This document shows, one piece after another, positions 16,393 to 25,733 of a DNA stretch of 39,058 nt. The stretch spans positions 1 to 39,058 of the forward strand of contig JAWODC010000063.1 in NCBI GenBank assembly GCA_046483495.1, read 5' to 3'. This DNA comes from Desulfobacterales bacterium. Its GTDB lineage: Bacteria; Desulfobacterota; Desulfobacteria; Desulfobacterales; UBA5616. A program made the position numbers and the translations under genes. The notes below the pieces were generated by a model. The model saw nothing but the letters and a program-made list of their open reading frames with translations, was not told where the DNA came from and ran no database searches. Position 1 is the first letter of the stretch, and each line of letters begins with the position of its first letter.

Positions 16393-18066
16393 TTAATGGT
16401 CCAAACTCTCTAAAATAAATTCCGGTGTGATTGACAACCCGTCATATCGACAAATTCGTTTTGTTATGTGAAACCCGGTTTCCTGCCGGATCAGCCGGCA
16501 TAACTGACCCGTGGCATTTCCTTCAATTCCCACGACCCGTTTTGAATCGGTCAAGATCCGGAAAAAATGATCGGGGTTCATGGGCCAGAGCTGGGTAAAG
16601 TTAAGGCAGCCGACGGATGTGTGGGCGTCTTGTAATTTCTGCGCCGCTTCCAGGGCCGCTCCCCGGGTGGATCCCCATGTAACCAGCAGAATGTCGGGGT
16701 TGTCGGTGCCGGTGTATTCCGGAGGCAGAATTTCCGTTGTTAGCGCCCGGCCTTTTTTCAGCCGTTTCTCAACGAGTTTCGGCCGAAAGCGCAGATCTTC
16801 CGAAATATGCCCATCCTGGCTGTGCTCATGGCTGTCGGCAATTACCAAGTGGCGGCTTTGCCCCGGCAAAAGGCGGGGTGAAACCCCCGTTTCCGTCAAT
16901 CGGTACCGCCAATAGGGTTCCTGTATATTGGATAAGGGGGTGCCGGATCTGACAAACGGGAGATTAGCCGCATCCGGAGGCGACATATCCTGGTATGAGC
17001 TCGACAGGTGATGATCGGTTAATAGGATGGCGGGAATCTGATATTTTTCCGCCATTTCCACTGCATGACGGGTAATATGAAAGCAGTCCTCGGCGTTTGA
17101 AGGCGCAAAAACCGCTCGGGGGAATTCCCCGTGTCCACCGTAAAGCACCAGTTGCAGGTCGCCCTGTTCTGTTCGGGTCGGCAAGCCGGTCGCGGGCCCG
17201 GGCCGTTGAGCCACGACGATGACAACGGGTGTTTCGGTCGCCGCCGCCAAACTAAGCGCCTCGGTCATCAGGGCGAATCCTCCGCCGGAGGTGGCCACCA
17301 TAGCGGGGGCTCCGCAGTAAGACGCGCCGATTGCCATGTTCAGGGCGCAGATTTCATCCTCGACCTGCTCGACAATCAAACCGAGAGCATCCGCATAGGC
17401 CACCAAGGTGATTGGAATCGATGTCGATGGGCTCATCGGATAATACGCACAAAATTTTATGCCGCCGGAAATCGCTCCGAAGGCAACCGCCTCGTGGCAG
17501 TTCATCATCCATTTTCGTTCGAGCGTCTCGATGCGGGTCAATTTTTTAAAATCAAGCGGTTTTTCTTCCGCCCAGCGAAAGGCTGTTTTCAGAATATCGA
17601 CGTTTTCTGCGGCCACATCCGCTTCAAAGCGTTCCTTTACCGCCTTTGAGACGATTTCCAAATCCATTCCGAGAACGGCGGATAGTACACCGATGCCGGC
17701 AGTGTTCCAGTACCGCTTCTTGCCGAACGATTGAAAGGGAACGGCGACAAATCGACTGTCATCGATGTGCCATTCATCATTTCCGATCATCAGCCCGTGG
17801 GGTCGAAGTCGCGGGCGATCGATCGTTAAATTGCCCTCATTCAACGGTAAGGCTAAATCGACGGGTTCAGAGGGCGCAAGCACCTTTTTGTCTCCGGTTC
17901 GGATGACAAATGTGCTGTATCCTCCCCTGATTCTCGATTCAAATGTCTGGTCCGTATGCACCGAGAATCCGCATCGGATCAGGCATTTGGCAAACAGTTG
18001 GCCGACGGTCTGGAGCCCTTGGCCGGCCTCTCCGGAAATAAGGATATTGATTGGAGAATTTTCCAT
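16393..18066 (-). CDS. 2-oxoacid:acceptor oxidoreductase alpha subunit (gamma-alpha fusion)
   Basis: GEAGQG, ESRIRGG, YPMSPS, EDEI, ATSGGGF, QRPGPATGLPT, GHGEFP, WGST; start at MENSP. Confidence 0.95.
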   Translation of the reverse strand: MENSPINILISGEAGQGLQTVGQLFAKCLIRCGFSVHTDQTFESRIRGGYSTFVIRTGDKKVLAPSEPVDLALPLNEGNLTIDRPRLRPHGLMIGNDEWHIDDSRFVAVPFQSFGKKRYWNTAGIGVLSAVLGMDLEIVSKAVKERFEADVAAENVDILKTAFRWAEEKPLDFKKLTRIETLERKWMMNCHEAVAFGAISGGIKFCAYYPMSPSTSIPITLVAYADALGLIVEQVEDEICALNMAIGASYCGAPAMVATSGGGFALMTEALSLAAATETPVVIVVAQRPGPATGLPTRTEQGDLQLVLYGGHGEFPRAVFAPSNAEDCFHITRHAVEMAEKYQIPAILLTDHHLSSSYQDMSPPDAANLPFVRSGTPLSNIQEPYWRYRLTETGVSPRLLPGQSRHLVIADSHEHSQDGHISEDLRFRPKLVEKRLKKGRALTTEILPPEYTGTDNPDILLVTWGSTRGAALEAAQKLQDAHTSVGCLNFTQLWPMNPDHFFRILTDSKRVVGIEGNATGQLCRLIRQETGFHITKRICRYDGLSITPEFILESLDH

Positions 18067-18095
18067 GTGTTTGCGTCCTTTCCTCTGAAAGAAAA

Positions 18096-18353
18096 TTATG
18101 GACCGATGAACTCGGGTTCGACAGCCCCACACGTTTTCCAGGGAGCCTTTCGCTTTCGATCCGTCGGTGGCGGCTCTTTTAGGGGGGGCTGCCGATCGGG
18201 CTCATTTGGAGGTTCTTTTGCCGGCGGCTCGGAAGGTGGAGGAGGCGGTTGATGGTTTTCTCCGGGCTCTTGAATCGGAGGCTTTTTGGGTCCGTTGGGC
18301 GGTTCTTTGACCGGTGGTTTCCGTTTTTCTTTGGATATGCCGTTTTCAGACAT
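18096..18353 (-). CDS. small proline-rich repeat protein
   Basis: AAGGGAG RBS; four PPx(K/Q)EP units; stops 30 bp before the oxidoreductase alpha start. Confidence 0.55.
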   Translation of the reverse strand: MSENGISKEKRKPPVKEPPNGPKKPPIQEPGENHQPPPPPSEPPAKEPPNEPDRQPPLKEPPPTDRKRKAPWKTCGAVEPEFIGP

Positions 18354-18483
18354 CCTGATCTCCCTTTTTGCTCTTACTTAAAGGTCGAAAAACAACCCGG
18401 TTCAGGTCACCGATCGAGTTGCGCCCGGATTGGTGATGCCGGTGGGAAAAACACGTGCTATTGATCGAAAGAAAACTCCGGAC

Positions 18484-18561
18484 CCAGAAATGGCAGATTC
18501 ACTCCATTTCTTCGTTGGCCTGAACTTGAAGTGAATTTTCTCATTTCTGGATAAACACTAA
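18484..18561 (-). repeat. MITE/REP-like hairpin repeat, copy 1 (inner hairpin deleted)
   Basis: Imperfect palindrome CCAGAAATG..ATTCACT / AGTGAAT..CATTTCTGG; 28/32 match to 37211-37242 and 28/34 match to 24252-24285. Confidence 0.65.
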
Positions 18562-18579
18562 ATAGGGTTAAACGAGTAT
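18562..18579. promoter_or_regulatory. 18-bp regulon motif facing the Pro-rich gene and oxidoreductase operon
   Basis: ATAGGGTTAAACGAGTAT. Confidence 0.55.
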
Positions 18580-18694
18580 ATCCTTAACGCACCCATAGTA
18601 TATCATGACATTGGATAAGATACTGAGAGTCTTAAACACCACGCTGTCACCATACCTGCCTGCCGAATACGTCTACTGGATTCAGGGCGCCCGA

Positions 18695-18740
18695 ATACGG
18701 AATTCACCCTATTTATATAAGCCGGTAAAACCTGTAAAAG
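18695..18740 (+). promoter_or_regulatory. 18-bp motif plus putative promoter upstream of 18915
   Basis: ATACGGAATTCACCCTAT (18695-18712), then TTTATA-N17-TAAAAG. Confidence 0.6.
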
Positions 18741-18914
18741 AGGCATCGGAATCGATGTTGAGAAGGTTATGACGTGCAAACAAGATGTATTCTTTTCATT
18801 GTAGTCCTTTTCGAGCCGCCGTCAACGCGGCCGAGATCGTGAACCGCGTTCTTTGATGAAGATACAGCCGAAGACCGTGGTTTTTAACCCGTCAACCTCA
18901 CTTAGAAAGGGAAA

Positions 18915-19187
18915 ATGATCATGATGGAATCGAGTGAACTGTTGAATTTGCCCGGATTTTTTCTGTGTGAAAAAAGCCAATGTATTCTAAGGGTTGCGAT
19001 CTGCATTAAACGACAGATGATGAGCAACAGACGATTTAAGGACAGTGACGGCGCATTTGCCATCTGTTTTAACTGTGAACAGGGGGAAAGAAATATGCGT
19101 GTCTACAATGAAGCCGATATCCCTTTTGTCATGCCGAAATCTCAGGATTATACATGGACTGCTCACAAGCAGGGCGGAATGGCTTAG
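18915..19187 (+). CDS. small Cys-containing hypothetical protein
   Basis: AAAGGG RBS; C-x4-C-x6-C...CxxC; downstream of a motif-bearing promoter. Confidence 0.5.
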   Translation: MIMMESSELLNLPGFFLCEKSQCILRVAICIKRQMMSNRRFKDSDGAFAICFNCEQGERNMRVYNEADIPFVMPKSQDYTWTAHKQGGMA

Positions 19188-19243
19188 ATACTGCTGATTG
19201 AAAAAACGAATAACTACGTGAAAACCTTTATCAGGGAGGAAAT

Positions 19244-19546
19244 ATGCAAGTACAGGACTTTTGCAGCCAGATGGAAAAGCAGTTGGAGACCTTCCAGGAA
19301 TCCATTTCAAGAATTGAAAAGGCATTGGATGCCGGGGGAACCCAGGCTAAGCAGCAGATTCTACCGGTGGTGGGGGACATTAAAAACCTGTTGACCGAAT
19401 TATCGGTGCAAAAAGAGAGGCTCGAAAAAGAATGCCCCTCGGACTGGTCGGACGAAAAATCGAATATGGAGGACCTGGTTGGTCGCATCGGTTCGCATAT
19501 CGACCGGACGTGGACTGAAATATCTCAGGGAAACATCGGCGGTTGA
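19244..19546 (+). CDS. hypothetical helical protein (FC...ECP-W)
   Basis: GGGAGG RBS, 100 aa coiled-coil character, followed by a hairpin. Confidence 0.8.
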   Translation: MQVQDFCSQMEKQLETFQESISRIEKALDAGGTQAKQQILPVVGDIKNLLTELSVQKERLEKECPSDWSDEKSNMEDLVGRIGSHIDRTWTEISQGNIGG

Positions 19547-19569
19547 TGAGTTTCGGTTTTGGGCACGAA

Positions 19570-19615
19570 CCAAATCGGCGGGCTTGTCGCTCCTTGCGGG
19601 ATACCCGCCGTTTGG
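19570..19615. terminator. stem-loop between convergent genes
   Basis: CCAAA-T-CGGCGGG / CCCGCCG-TTTGG. Confidence 0.5.
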
Positions 19616-19652
19616 TGCTGTAGTGTTGAGCCTGTTATTTGCGGCTCCAGTT

Positions 19653-20420
19653 CTAATGCTTTTCCGGTTCGAGCTTATCGGGCGGGGTTAACGGTTCACC
19701 GGTGTCGAATGATTTTTCCACGTTAACCGGTTTGTCCTCACCCTCCGCCAGATATTCCGCATCGGTTTTCGCTGTCGGCTGCTGATCTTCGGTACGGTCC
19801 CGCCTTTCCCATGCCGTTCGGTCAATAGTTAGATTGTCCACCACTTCATTGAAATCCAGGATATCTTCGATAAGGTGGTGAAGCATATCACGGGTGCTTT
19901 CGGCAGGCACTACGCCGTTGAGAAATACGACCCCGTCGCGGCAGTCGATTGTCAGTTCCTCTGAATCGATGTCTTCAGCCCTGCTTATTTCATCCTGAAT
20001 GGCTTCTATCATTTCATCATCGGATAAAGCCTCATCATTCATTTTAACGGGATTTTCGCTTATTTTCTCCGTGGTAAAACCCTGCCTGCTTTTTGCGCAC
20101 CGAATGCAATGGCGGGCCCATGGCTTGGCATACAAACGTTTGACCGAAATCGGCTGCCGGCAAATTTCGCATTTTCCAAAAGTTTCCTTGTCGATTTTGC
20201 TCAAGGCATTGTCGATCTGCTGCAGCTCCGATTGTTGCCGGTCGGCCAGCGATTCCAGCGGACGGGAGGTGGAAAGATTGGCGGCGGTTTCTTCCGGTTC
20301 GATTTCCGACTGGTTGAGCCTGTTCCAGGATTTTTCAAAGCTGCGGCGGTTTGAAAGGATATCCTTTCGCCTTTTAAGAAGTTTTTCCCGAAGTTGGGAA
20401 TAAATCTCGGTATCAAGCAT
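19653..20420 (-). CDS. TraR/DksA C4 zinc-finger protein fused to a BON domain and acidic tail
   Basis: IDNALSKIDKETFGKCEICRQPI..KRL.AKPWARHCIRC, then LSDDEM...GVVFLNGVV...VVDNL. Confidence 0.85.
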   Translation of the reverse strand: MLDTEIYSQLREKLLKRRKDILSNRRSFEKSWNRLNQSEIEPEETAANLSTSRPLESLADRQQSELQQIDNALSKIDKETFGKCEICRQPISVKRLYAKPWARHCIRCAKSRQGFTTEKISENPVKMNDEALSDDEMIEAIQDEISRAEDIDSEELTIDCRDGVVFLNGVVPAESTRDMLHHLIEDILDFNEVVDNLTIDRTAWERRDRTEDQQPTAKTDAEYLAEGEDKPVNVEKSFDTGEPLTPPDKLEPEKH

Positions 20421-20560
20421 ATGACCATCCTCTGCGGCGCCCTTGTCGCCGCCTGATTGTTAATTTTTACATGTTCGACAGCCCTGCCGTTTGCCTGTCG
20501 ACTTTATTCCGATCACCGGTTTTCAGCTCCTCTATGTGAACAGCGGTTCGAAAACCCGCT

Positions 20561-21124
20561 TCAGGATGCACCTTTACAGGATTTTACGGTTCGGGCAACT
20601 CTGTCAAAGACATCCGTCAAGCGTAAAATGCCGATAGGATCGTTCTGAGAATCCATTACCAGAAGCGAGTGGAGCTGATAAGAAATCATTTGATGCAGGG
20701 CCTCCGACACTTTTCTATCCGCATTTACATATTCTTCTCGAGAAGGGGTGTGCATAATGTCTTTCGCCTTAACGTGAAAGGCTTTTTCACACAGCCGATC
20801 AAGCGGTTCCCGCCAAAGTCCGAATTTTTCGATCTGATGTTTAATGAAGTCGGGTGTAAAACCGGTCGGCAGATATCTCTGAATATCCCCCATCCGGGCA
20901 TAACCATCTTCCAGGCTCATGATAACGTCGAATCGGCTCAGTCTCCCCGTGACATGAAGGTCGTCGTTCATTACCAAAACCAGGGCATGTGAATTTTGAT
21001 CCTGCGGTTCGGTGAGCCGAGTTTCTTCAAGTGCGATAATCGCCTCGAACAGTGTGGCCTGCTCGGAAACAGCGGCACAACGGGTCAGCGGGACCATCAT
21101 TTCCTCGACTGTCAATGTATTCAT
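20561..21124 (-). CDS. CBS-domain protein
   Basis: TVEEMMVPL...ATLFEAI, KAKDIM, ALHQM...IGILRLTDVF; GGGAG RBS. Confidence 0.87.
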   Translation of the reverse strand: MNTLTVEEMMVPLTRCAAVSEQATLFEAIIALEETRLTEPQDQNSHALVLVMNDDLHVTGRLSRFDVIMSLEDGYARMGDIQRYLPTGFTPDFIKHQIEKFGLWREPLDRLCEKAFHVKAKDIMHTPSREEYVNADRKVSEALHQMISYQLHSLLVMDSQNDPIGILRLTDVFDRVARTVKSCKGAS

Positions 21125-21179
21125 TTTTACTCCCGTATTCTAAAATCGGGTCATATTGCCGCTTTTCTCCTCAACCCGA

Positions 21180-21225
21180 AAATTAGCCTACATGATGTTC
21201 GCATAAAATAGGCGAAATCCTGTAT
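21180..21225 (-). promoter_or_regulatory. 18-bp motif plus putative promoter upstream of the CBS/DksA-BON genes
   Basis: Plus-strand ATAGGCGAAATCCTGTAT (21208-21225) abuts minus-strand TTTTAT-N17-TAATTT. Confidence 0.6.
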
Positions 21226-21522
21226 TTTATAAAAGCAAACACGCCTTCTGTCGGCTTTGAGATATTTCCCACATAACACTTTTGAACAGGTTGAATGCAA
21301 ATCAATATATTGAAGGCCCGATGGCGAAGGTACCATATCAAGAGGAAAAACGTTCTCCGGATGATTTGAAACGACGGCATTTACCCGCTTATTTTCCAGG
21401 AAAATTCCGGTTTATTATGGTCGGTATCCTGATAGACAACGCCTCTTTTATCATTTAGATGTAATCGTAAACCAAACTTCGAAATATCACCCGCTTTATC
21501 CCACTTGCTTAAAGGATCTGTC

Positions 21523-21807
21523 ATGAAAGTCGTCTGCGGATGGTGCGGCAACAGTAAAAATGATTGGCAAATGTATAGTTGCCGAACGGATAACGTTGTA
21601 AGCAACGGGATTTGCCCTTTTTGCGGCCGGTCGATGGCATCCGATAATCTACAGCGCTGGTATCTCGGTGTTTTCAGAAAAGAAGACGGACAAGAGATCG
21701 CCCGTTTCGATGTAACGGCATGGCCCTTGAAACAAATTGTCGATGTGGCCTCTATTCAAAAATATATTCTGAACCGGTACACAACGTTTTTGTCGCAGGG
21801 AACGTAA
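21523..21807 (+). CDS. small zinc-ribbon-like hypothetical protein
   Basis: MKVVCGWC...SNGICPFC; AAGGA RBS; upstream TAGACA-N17-TAGATG (21433-21461). Confidence 0.6.
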   Translation: MKVVCGWCGNSKNDWQMYSCRTDNVVSNGICPFCGRSMASDNLQRWYLGVFRKEDGQEIARFDVTAWPLKQIVDVASIQKYILNRYTTFLSQGT

Positions 21808-21948
21808 ATGATTCGGACAAAAAACCGACAACCGTACCGAATGCTGATAGGCGAAGGCGGGAGGAAAGGGCCGGTTTTACGGCTCTGATTACAAAAAACC
21901 GGAATCGTCTTTTCCATTGAGAAGAAAAGGCATACAGGTAGTTTGGAA

Positions 21949-23547
21949 ATGAATCAAACGGTTTCTTTACGGGTATTGATGGTCACACCGGAGATCGCCT
22001 GTCCCACGGATAACATGGTGGAGGGGTCACCCTCCATATATGCACGATCGAGTTCATTGGCGGACATATGCGGTTCGCTGATTTCATCCCTGCTGGAAAA
22101 AAATGTCGATGTGCATGTCGTCACGCCTCATTACCGCCGGGTATTTAACCGGCGGGAATGTTGCGTATATTCCGGCGACCGGATGCCGGGGACATGGAGT
22201 GAGCGGATTAACCTGGCCCAGGACCGCTTGTTTTACTACATGAAAGACATCTATCCGGACAATAATCATGATCTTGTGAAAATGTCTATAGCCTTTCAGC
22301 GTGAGGTGATCCATCGGTTTATCCCGATGGTACAGCCCGACGTAATCCACTGTTTCGATGCTGCTACCGGTTTAATTCCCGGAATCGCTCGAGCAAACGA
22401 TATCCCCTGCCTTTTTTCAATTCGAAATCTCTACAATATTAAAACCACGCTGTCTTGTATCGAGAATATGGGCATTGATTGCCTGCCGTTTTGGCAGACT
22501 CTCTATTATGAATGGATGCCGACCGATTTTTCGCAGACCTGCGATACCAATCCGGTGGATTTCTTGGCCAGCGGCGTGTTTGCCGCGGATTACGTCGATA
22601 CGACGGATGAAAATTTTTTAAAGAAATTGATACAGAACCGAAACGGCGGAGCATGTGAGGCATGGCAGCGGGAATTGATTCAAAAATTTTATGCAGGATT
22701 TGCAACCGGAATCGAAAATGTCCCGGATCCTTCATTCAATCCACTGACCGATCCGGCGTTGTTTTCCCCGTTCGGCAGCAGGGATCATTACAGGAAAAAG
22801 CCTTATAATAAATTATTCCTGCAGGAGAGCTTCAATTTGAGGATGGATTCCGCTGCACCGATGGTGATTTCATTCGCCGATTGTGATGTCGTGCATCCCG
22901 AAAACAGTATTCTGTTGCGTGTACTCATGCGTATTCTCCAGAGATTCGAGAATGAGCGGCTTCAATTTGTCTTTTTGGGCAACCATAAGTTCAGGCACTC
23001 TGTTCAGAAAATACTTCATGATCATCAACTCTCGGATCGGGTTGCAATAAGACCTTGCGACCGCCGGTTGGTGCGCATTGCTCTTGGCGGTGCTGATTTT
23101 ATGCTGGACACCGGATTTATGAGAACCTGTGAATCCGCATCCGTTATTGGAATGCGGTACGGCGTCTTACCGATTACGTTTGCTTCGATCGATGCAGACC
23201 AGCCGGTTATCCCGTTAAACCCCAACCAGAACACCGGCAACGGATTTTTGTTCAACCCTTTTCATGAAGACGGAATTGTACAAAGCATGCAGGATGCCGT
23301 TTTCTTTTACCTGATGCCGCAATCGACGAAAAGCGAGCAGATTCAGCGGATTATGGATCAAAGCGCGTCCGATTTTTCAAAAACGCTCCAAGCCTACAGG
23401 AGAATTTATGAGCTTTTGCTGAAAAAATCGAGCGAGAATCGTAGAAGCGGAAGCATATCGCTGTCGCAAGTGAGGCGCACCAAAAGCACCGGAAGGCGGC
23501 AAAAAGAAGGTGGGGGGGATGCCAGGCCTTTCAGCGTCTCGCAATAG
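21949..23547 (+). CDS. glycogen/starch synthase (GT5)-like protein with degenerate catalytic motifs
   Basis: RVLMVTPE, DVHVVTPHY, PDVIHC, GIEN..D..FNP..D, GGADF, MRYG, GNGFLF framework; KxGGL replaced by RSSSL. Confidence 0.8.
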   Translation: MNQTVSLRVLMVTPEIACPTDNMVEGSPSIYARSSSLADICGSLISSLLEKNVDVHVVTPHYRRVFNRRECCVYSGDRMPGTWSERINLAQDRLFYYMKDIYPDNNHDLVKMSIAFQREVIHRFIPMVQPDVIHCFDAATGLIPGIARANDIPCLFSIRNLYNIKTTLSCIENMGIDCLPFWQTLYYEWMPTDFSQTCDTNPVDFLASGVFAADYVDTTDENFLKKLIQNRNGGACEAWQRELIQKFYAGFATGIENVPDPSFNPLTDPALFSPFGSRDHYRKKPYNKLFLQESFNLRMDSAAPMVISFADCDVVHPENSILLRVLMRILQRFENERLQFVFLGNHKFRHSVQKILHDHQLSDRVAIRPCDRRLVRIALGGADFMLDTGFMRTCESASVIGMRYGVLPITFASIDADQPVIPLNPNQNTGNGFLFNPFHEDGIVQSMQDAVFFYLMPQSTKSEQIQRIMDQSASDFSKTLQAYRRIYELLLKKSSENRRSGSISLSQVRRTKSTGRRQKEGGGDARPFSVSQ

Positions 23548-23616
23548 AAATGCGGGGTGGTTTCCATTACCGTTTTGATTCGAGCCGCTTGGAATTACAT
23601 GCAACAAAACCGGCAT

Positions 23617-23662
23617 ATAAGCGATAAACCCCATTTACGGCATGCCTCTTATATAGTGAAAT
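23617..23662 (+). promoter_or_regulatory. 18-bp motif plus putative promoter upstream of the CBS gene
   Basis: ATAAGCGATAAACCCCAT (23617-23634), then TTTACG-N17-TGAAAT; TATAGT also present at 23652-23657. Confidence 0.55.
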
Positions 23663-23745
23663 AAAAAACATTGTCAATATGCCTGAAAAATCCGTCTCTG
23701 ACTTTTGGAAGAAGCGAAAGCTTGGATATTGAATAGGAGGTAATT

Positions 23746-24156
23746 ATGAAGGTTAATGAAATCATGACAGGCGACATTGCCACAGTTACTACGAACGATT
23801 CGATCAAAACAGCGGCTGAGAAAATGAAAGAACTGGATGTCGGCGATATCCCGGTTGTTTTGCATGGCGATACCGTTGGTATGATCACCGACAGGGACGT
23901 CACTGTGAGAGCCGTTGCAAAAGGTCTTGATCCGGAAAAAACGCATGTCATAGACGTCATGACAAAGGATGTAATCGCATGCAATGAGCAGGATGATGTC
24001 GGAACGGCCGTGGATTTGATGAGACGGCACAAGATAAGGCGGCTGTTGGTAATGAGTGAAGGAAAGAAGTTGTCCGGTGTCATTTCTTTGAAGGATGTCG
24101 CGTTGAATTTGGACAAAGATGCCGTTACGCAAATCCTCAGGGATGTTTCAACCTGA
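23746..24156 (+). CDS. CBS-pair protein (Hrp1/YhcV-like)
   Basis: MKVNEIMT, AAEKMKELDVGDIPV, GMITDRD, IRRLLV, GVISLKD; AGGAGG RBS. Confidence 0.93.
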   Translation: MKVNEIMTGDIATVTTNDSIKTAAEKMKELDVGDIPVVLHGDTVGMITDRDVTVRAVAKGLDPEKTHVIDVMTKDVIACNEQDDVGTAVDLMRRHKIRRLLVMSEGKKLSGVISLKDVALNLDKDAVTQILRDVST

Positions 24157-24193
24157 TGAACGGAAAAAGCCGGGTTTTGGAATTGCCTGATGC

Positions 24194-24299
24194 GGCCGGT
24201 AAATTTCAACCGCCGGAATACTCGAAACATTTTGAGGATTTCAGTTTTTCCGGCCAACGCAGAAGAGGAGTGAACCAGCCGTTTCCTGATAGACAATAA
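24194..24299 (+). repeat. MITE/REP-like hairpin repeat, copy 2 (inner hairpin plus right end)
   Basis: GGCCGG...CCGGCC inner stem; 24252-24285 matches copy 1; end TTTCCTGATAGACAATAA is 16/18 the reverse complement of the left end at 37211. Confidence 0.6.
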
Positions 24300-24311
24300 A
24301 CAGGAGGTACT

Positions 24312-24596
24312 TTGGACGAAAAGGAAAAATTCAGGGTGGAAGTCGAGGCCAAGCTCGAGCGGATGGGCTTATCACTGACCGATTTGACCACAAAATGGGA
24401 GACCAGAAAAGAAACCAGGCCGGATTTGCGGCTGCAGGATCTTGCCGAGAAACAGCAGCAGGCGCAAAATATGTTCGAAGAGTTGAAAGGAGCTCCCGAT
24501 GAGCATGAATTCAGAAAAAAGCAAACGGATTTGAAACGGATGATGAGCGATATCGATGAAGATATCCGTCAGGCCTGGGCCTATATCATGTTTTAA
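24312..24596 (+). CDS. hypothetical coiled-coil protein
   Basis: AGGAGG RBS with TTG start; 94 aa, charged and helical; followed by a terminator. Confidence 0.75.
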   Translation: MDEKEKFRVEVEAKLERMGLSLTDLTTKWETRKETRPDLRLQDLAEKQQQAQNMFEELKGAPDEHEFRKKQTDLKRMMSDIDEDIRQAWAYIMF

Positions 24597-24628
24597 GCAA
24601 AACCGAAAACACTCCCGAGAAAGAAATG

Positions 24629-24671
24629 CCGCCGTCTGAGCCGGCAACAAACGGATTCAGGGCGGTTTTTT
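24629..24671 (+). terminator. Rho-independent terminator
   Basis: CCGCC..CTGA..CCG / CGG..TCAG.GGCGG stem followed by T6. Confidence 0.65.
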
Positions 24672-24722
24672 CTATTCCGGACATCACTTGTCCCGCTGTA
24701 CGGCTCAAGGAGAAAAACAGTC

Positions 24723-24983
24723 ATGACGGATATTTTGGGACTGATTGCAGGGGCGCTGACGACATTCAGCGCGTCACCGCAGTTATATTATTCCTATGTC
24801 ACGAAAGATGTTAAAAGTATCGATCTTAAATTTATGCTGATGCTCGTATCCGGTTTATTCTTATGGGGTATATACGGCATTATCATTAAGGCATTGCCCA
24901 TCATTATATTCAATTTTATCGGCTGCCTGCTGTGGCTGCCGATTGTCGCGATGAAGATCAGGTACAAAGCATCGGCTGATTGA
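24723..24983 (+). CDS. SemiSWEET / PQ-loop sugar transporter
   Basis: ILGLIAGALTT...PQ...TKDVKSI...GLFLWGIYG...PIIIFN; three TM helices; AAGGAG RBS. Confidence 0.9.
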   Translation: MTDILGLIAGALTTFSASPQLYYSYVTKDVKSIDLKFMLMLVSGLFLWGIYGIIIKALPIIIFNFIGCLLWLPIVAMKIRYKASAD

Positions 24984-25003
24984 CGCTGATACAACCGTCG
25001 CAA

Positions 25004-25049
25004 ATGGGGGAAATACCGTATTTACGAACGGTCAACGATGAATTATAAA
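25004..25049 (+). promoter_or_regulatory. 18-bp motif plus sigma70 promoter upstream of 25177
   Basis: ATGGGGGAAATACCGTAT (25004-25021), then TTTACG-N17-TATAAA. Confidence 0.62.
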
Positions 25050-25176
25050 ACTCAATTATCATACTTCGGCTAAACGCCTTTGAAGCATCTGAATTCGGTG
25101 CTGTTCGCACCGACGGCAAAAGGCTTGGCCCCGGAGAGGTGAGCAAGAAAAACTTACAGAAGAAAGGGTACGTGTA

Positions 25177-25392
25177 ATGACGACACCTCAGACCACACCA
25201 CAGCATTGCCCAGGATTCGAAAAATTTCGAGAACTGGAATCGTTTACCTGCAGTTGCCCCAATTGTTCGGAGAAAATGGAAATATTTTCCGATGAATTCG
25301 ACAAGCCCCGCAAATGTCCGAAATGCGGCACTCAGATCGATTTCACGCAATGTACACTCGAGGGTTCCGGAAAGGCGACATCATCCAGGTGA
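25177..25392 (+). CDS. small zinc-ribbon protein
   Basis: HCPG...CPNC..EIFSDE..CPKC; AAAGGG RBS. Confidence 0.75.
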   Translation: MTTPQTTPQHCPGFEKFRELESFTCSCPNCSEKMEIFSDEFDKPRKCPKCGTQIDFTQCTLEGSGKATSSR

Positions 25393-25441
25393 GGCGCCTG
25401 GCGGTTGTCCCGGAAAGGCGGCCTGCCCTCGGTCTCAGGGA

Positions 25442-25627
25442 CTATTTCTTTCGTTCGATATAGATGGATCGCTGTTTATCGAAATAGGCCTCATTTTCGT
25501 GTATATACTTTGGGCCGCCTTTCCAGGAGCCAAAAGCCAGGACGGCTGTTTCACCCAGGGAGAACTTTCTGCCGCATGAGACACACCCTTCTGTGTTCAA
25601 TCGGTTCAGGGTTTCAAGGTCCATCAT
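25442..25627 (-). CDS. small hypothetical protein (CxxC)
   Basis: MMDLETLNRLNTEGCVSCGRKFSLGETAV...IHENEA; protein-like; fills the gap downstream of the GT4 gene; start uncertain. Confidence 0.65.
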   Translation of the reverse strand: MMDLETLNRLNTEGCVSCGRKFSLGETAVLAFGSWKGGPKYIHENEAYFDKQRSIYIERKK

Positions 25628-25733
25628 AATTTTTGATCGTGGTTGAGATTGCTGCAATTTCATTTTATCTACCTTTTTAAACAATCAATCCGGCAAGACT
25701 CCAATGCGTATCGCCTTCTGCAGTCTTATTGAA

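Noticed and set aside
23649..24296. 215-aa and 152-aa minus-strand ORFs, representative of many overlapping ORFs in the track
   Set aside because: Antisense to well-supported genes and without recognisable motifs
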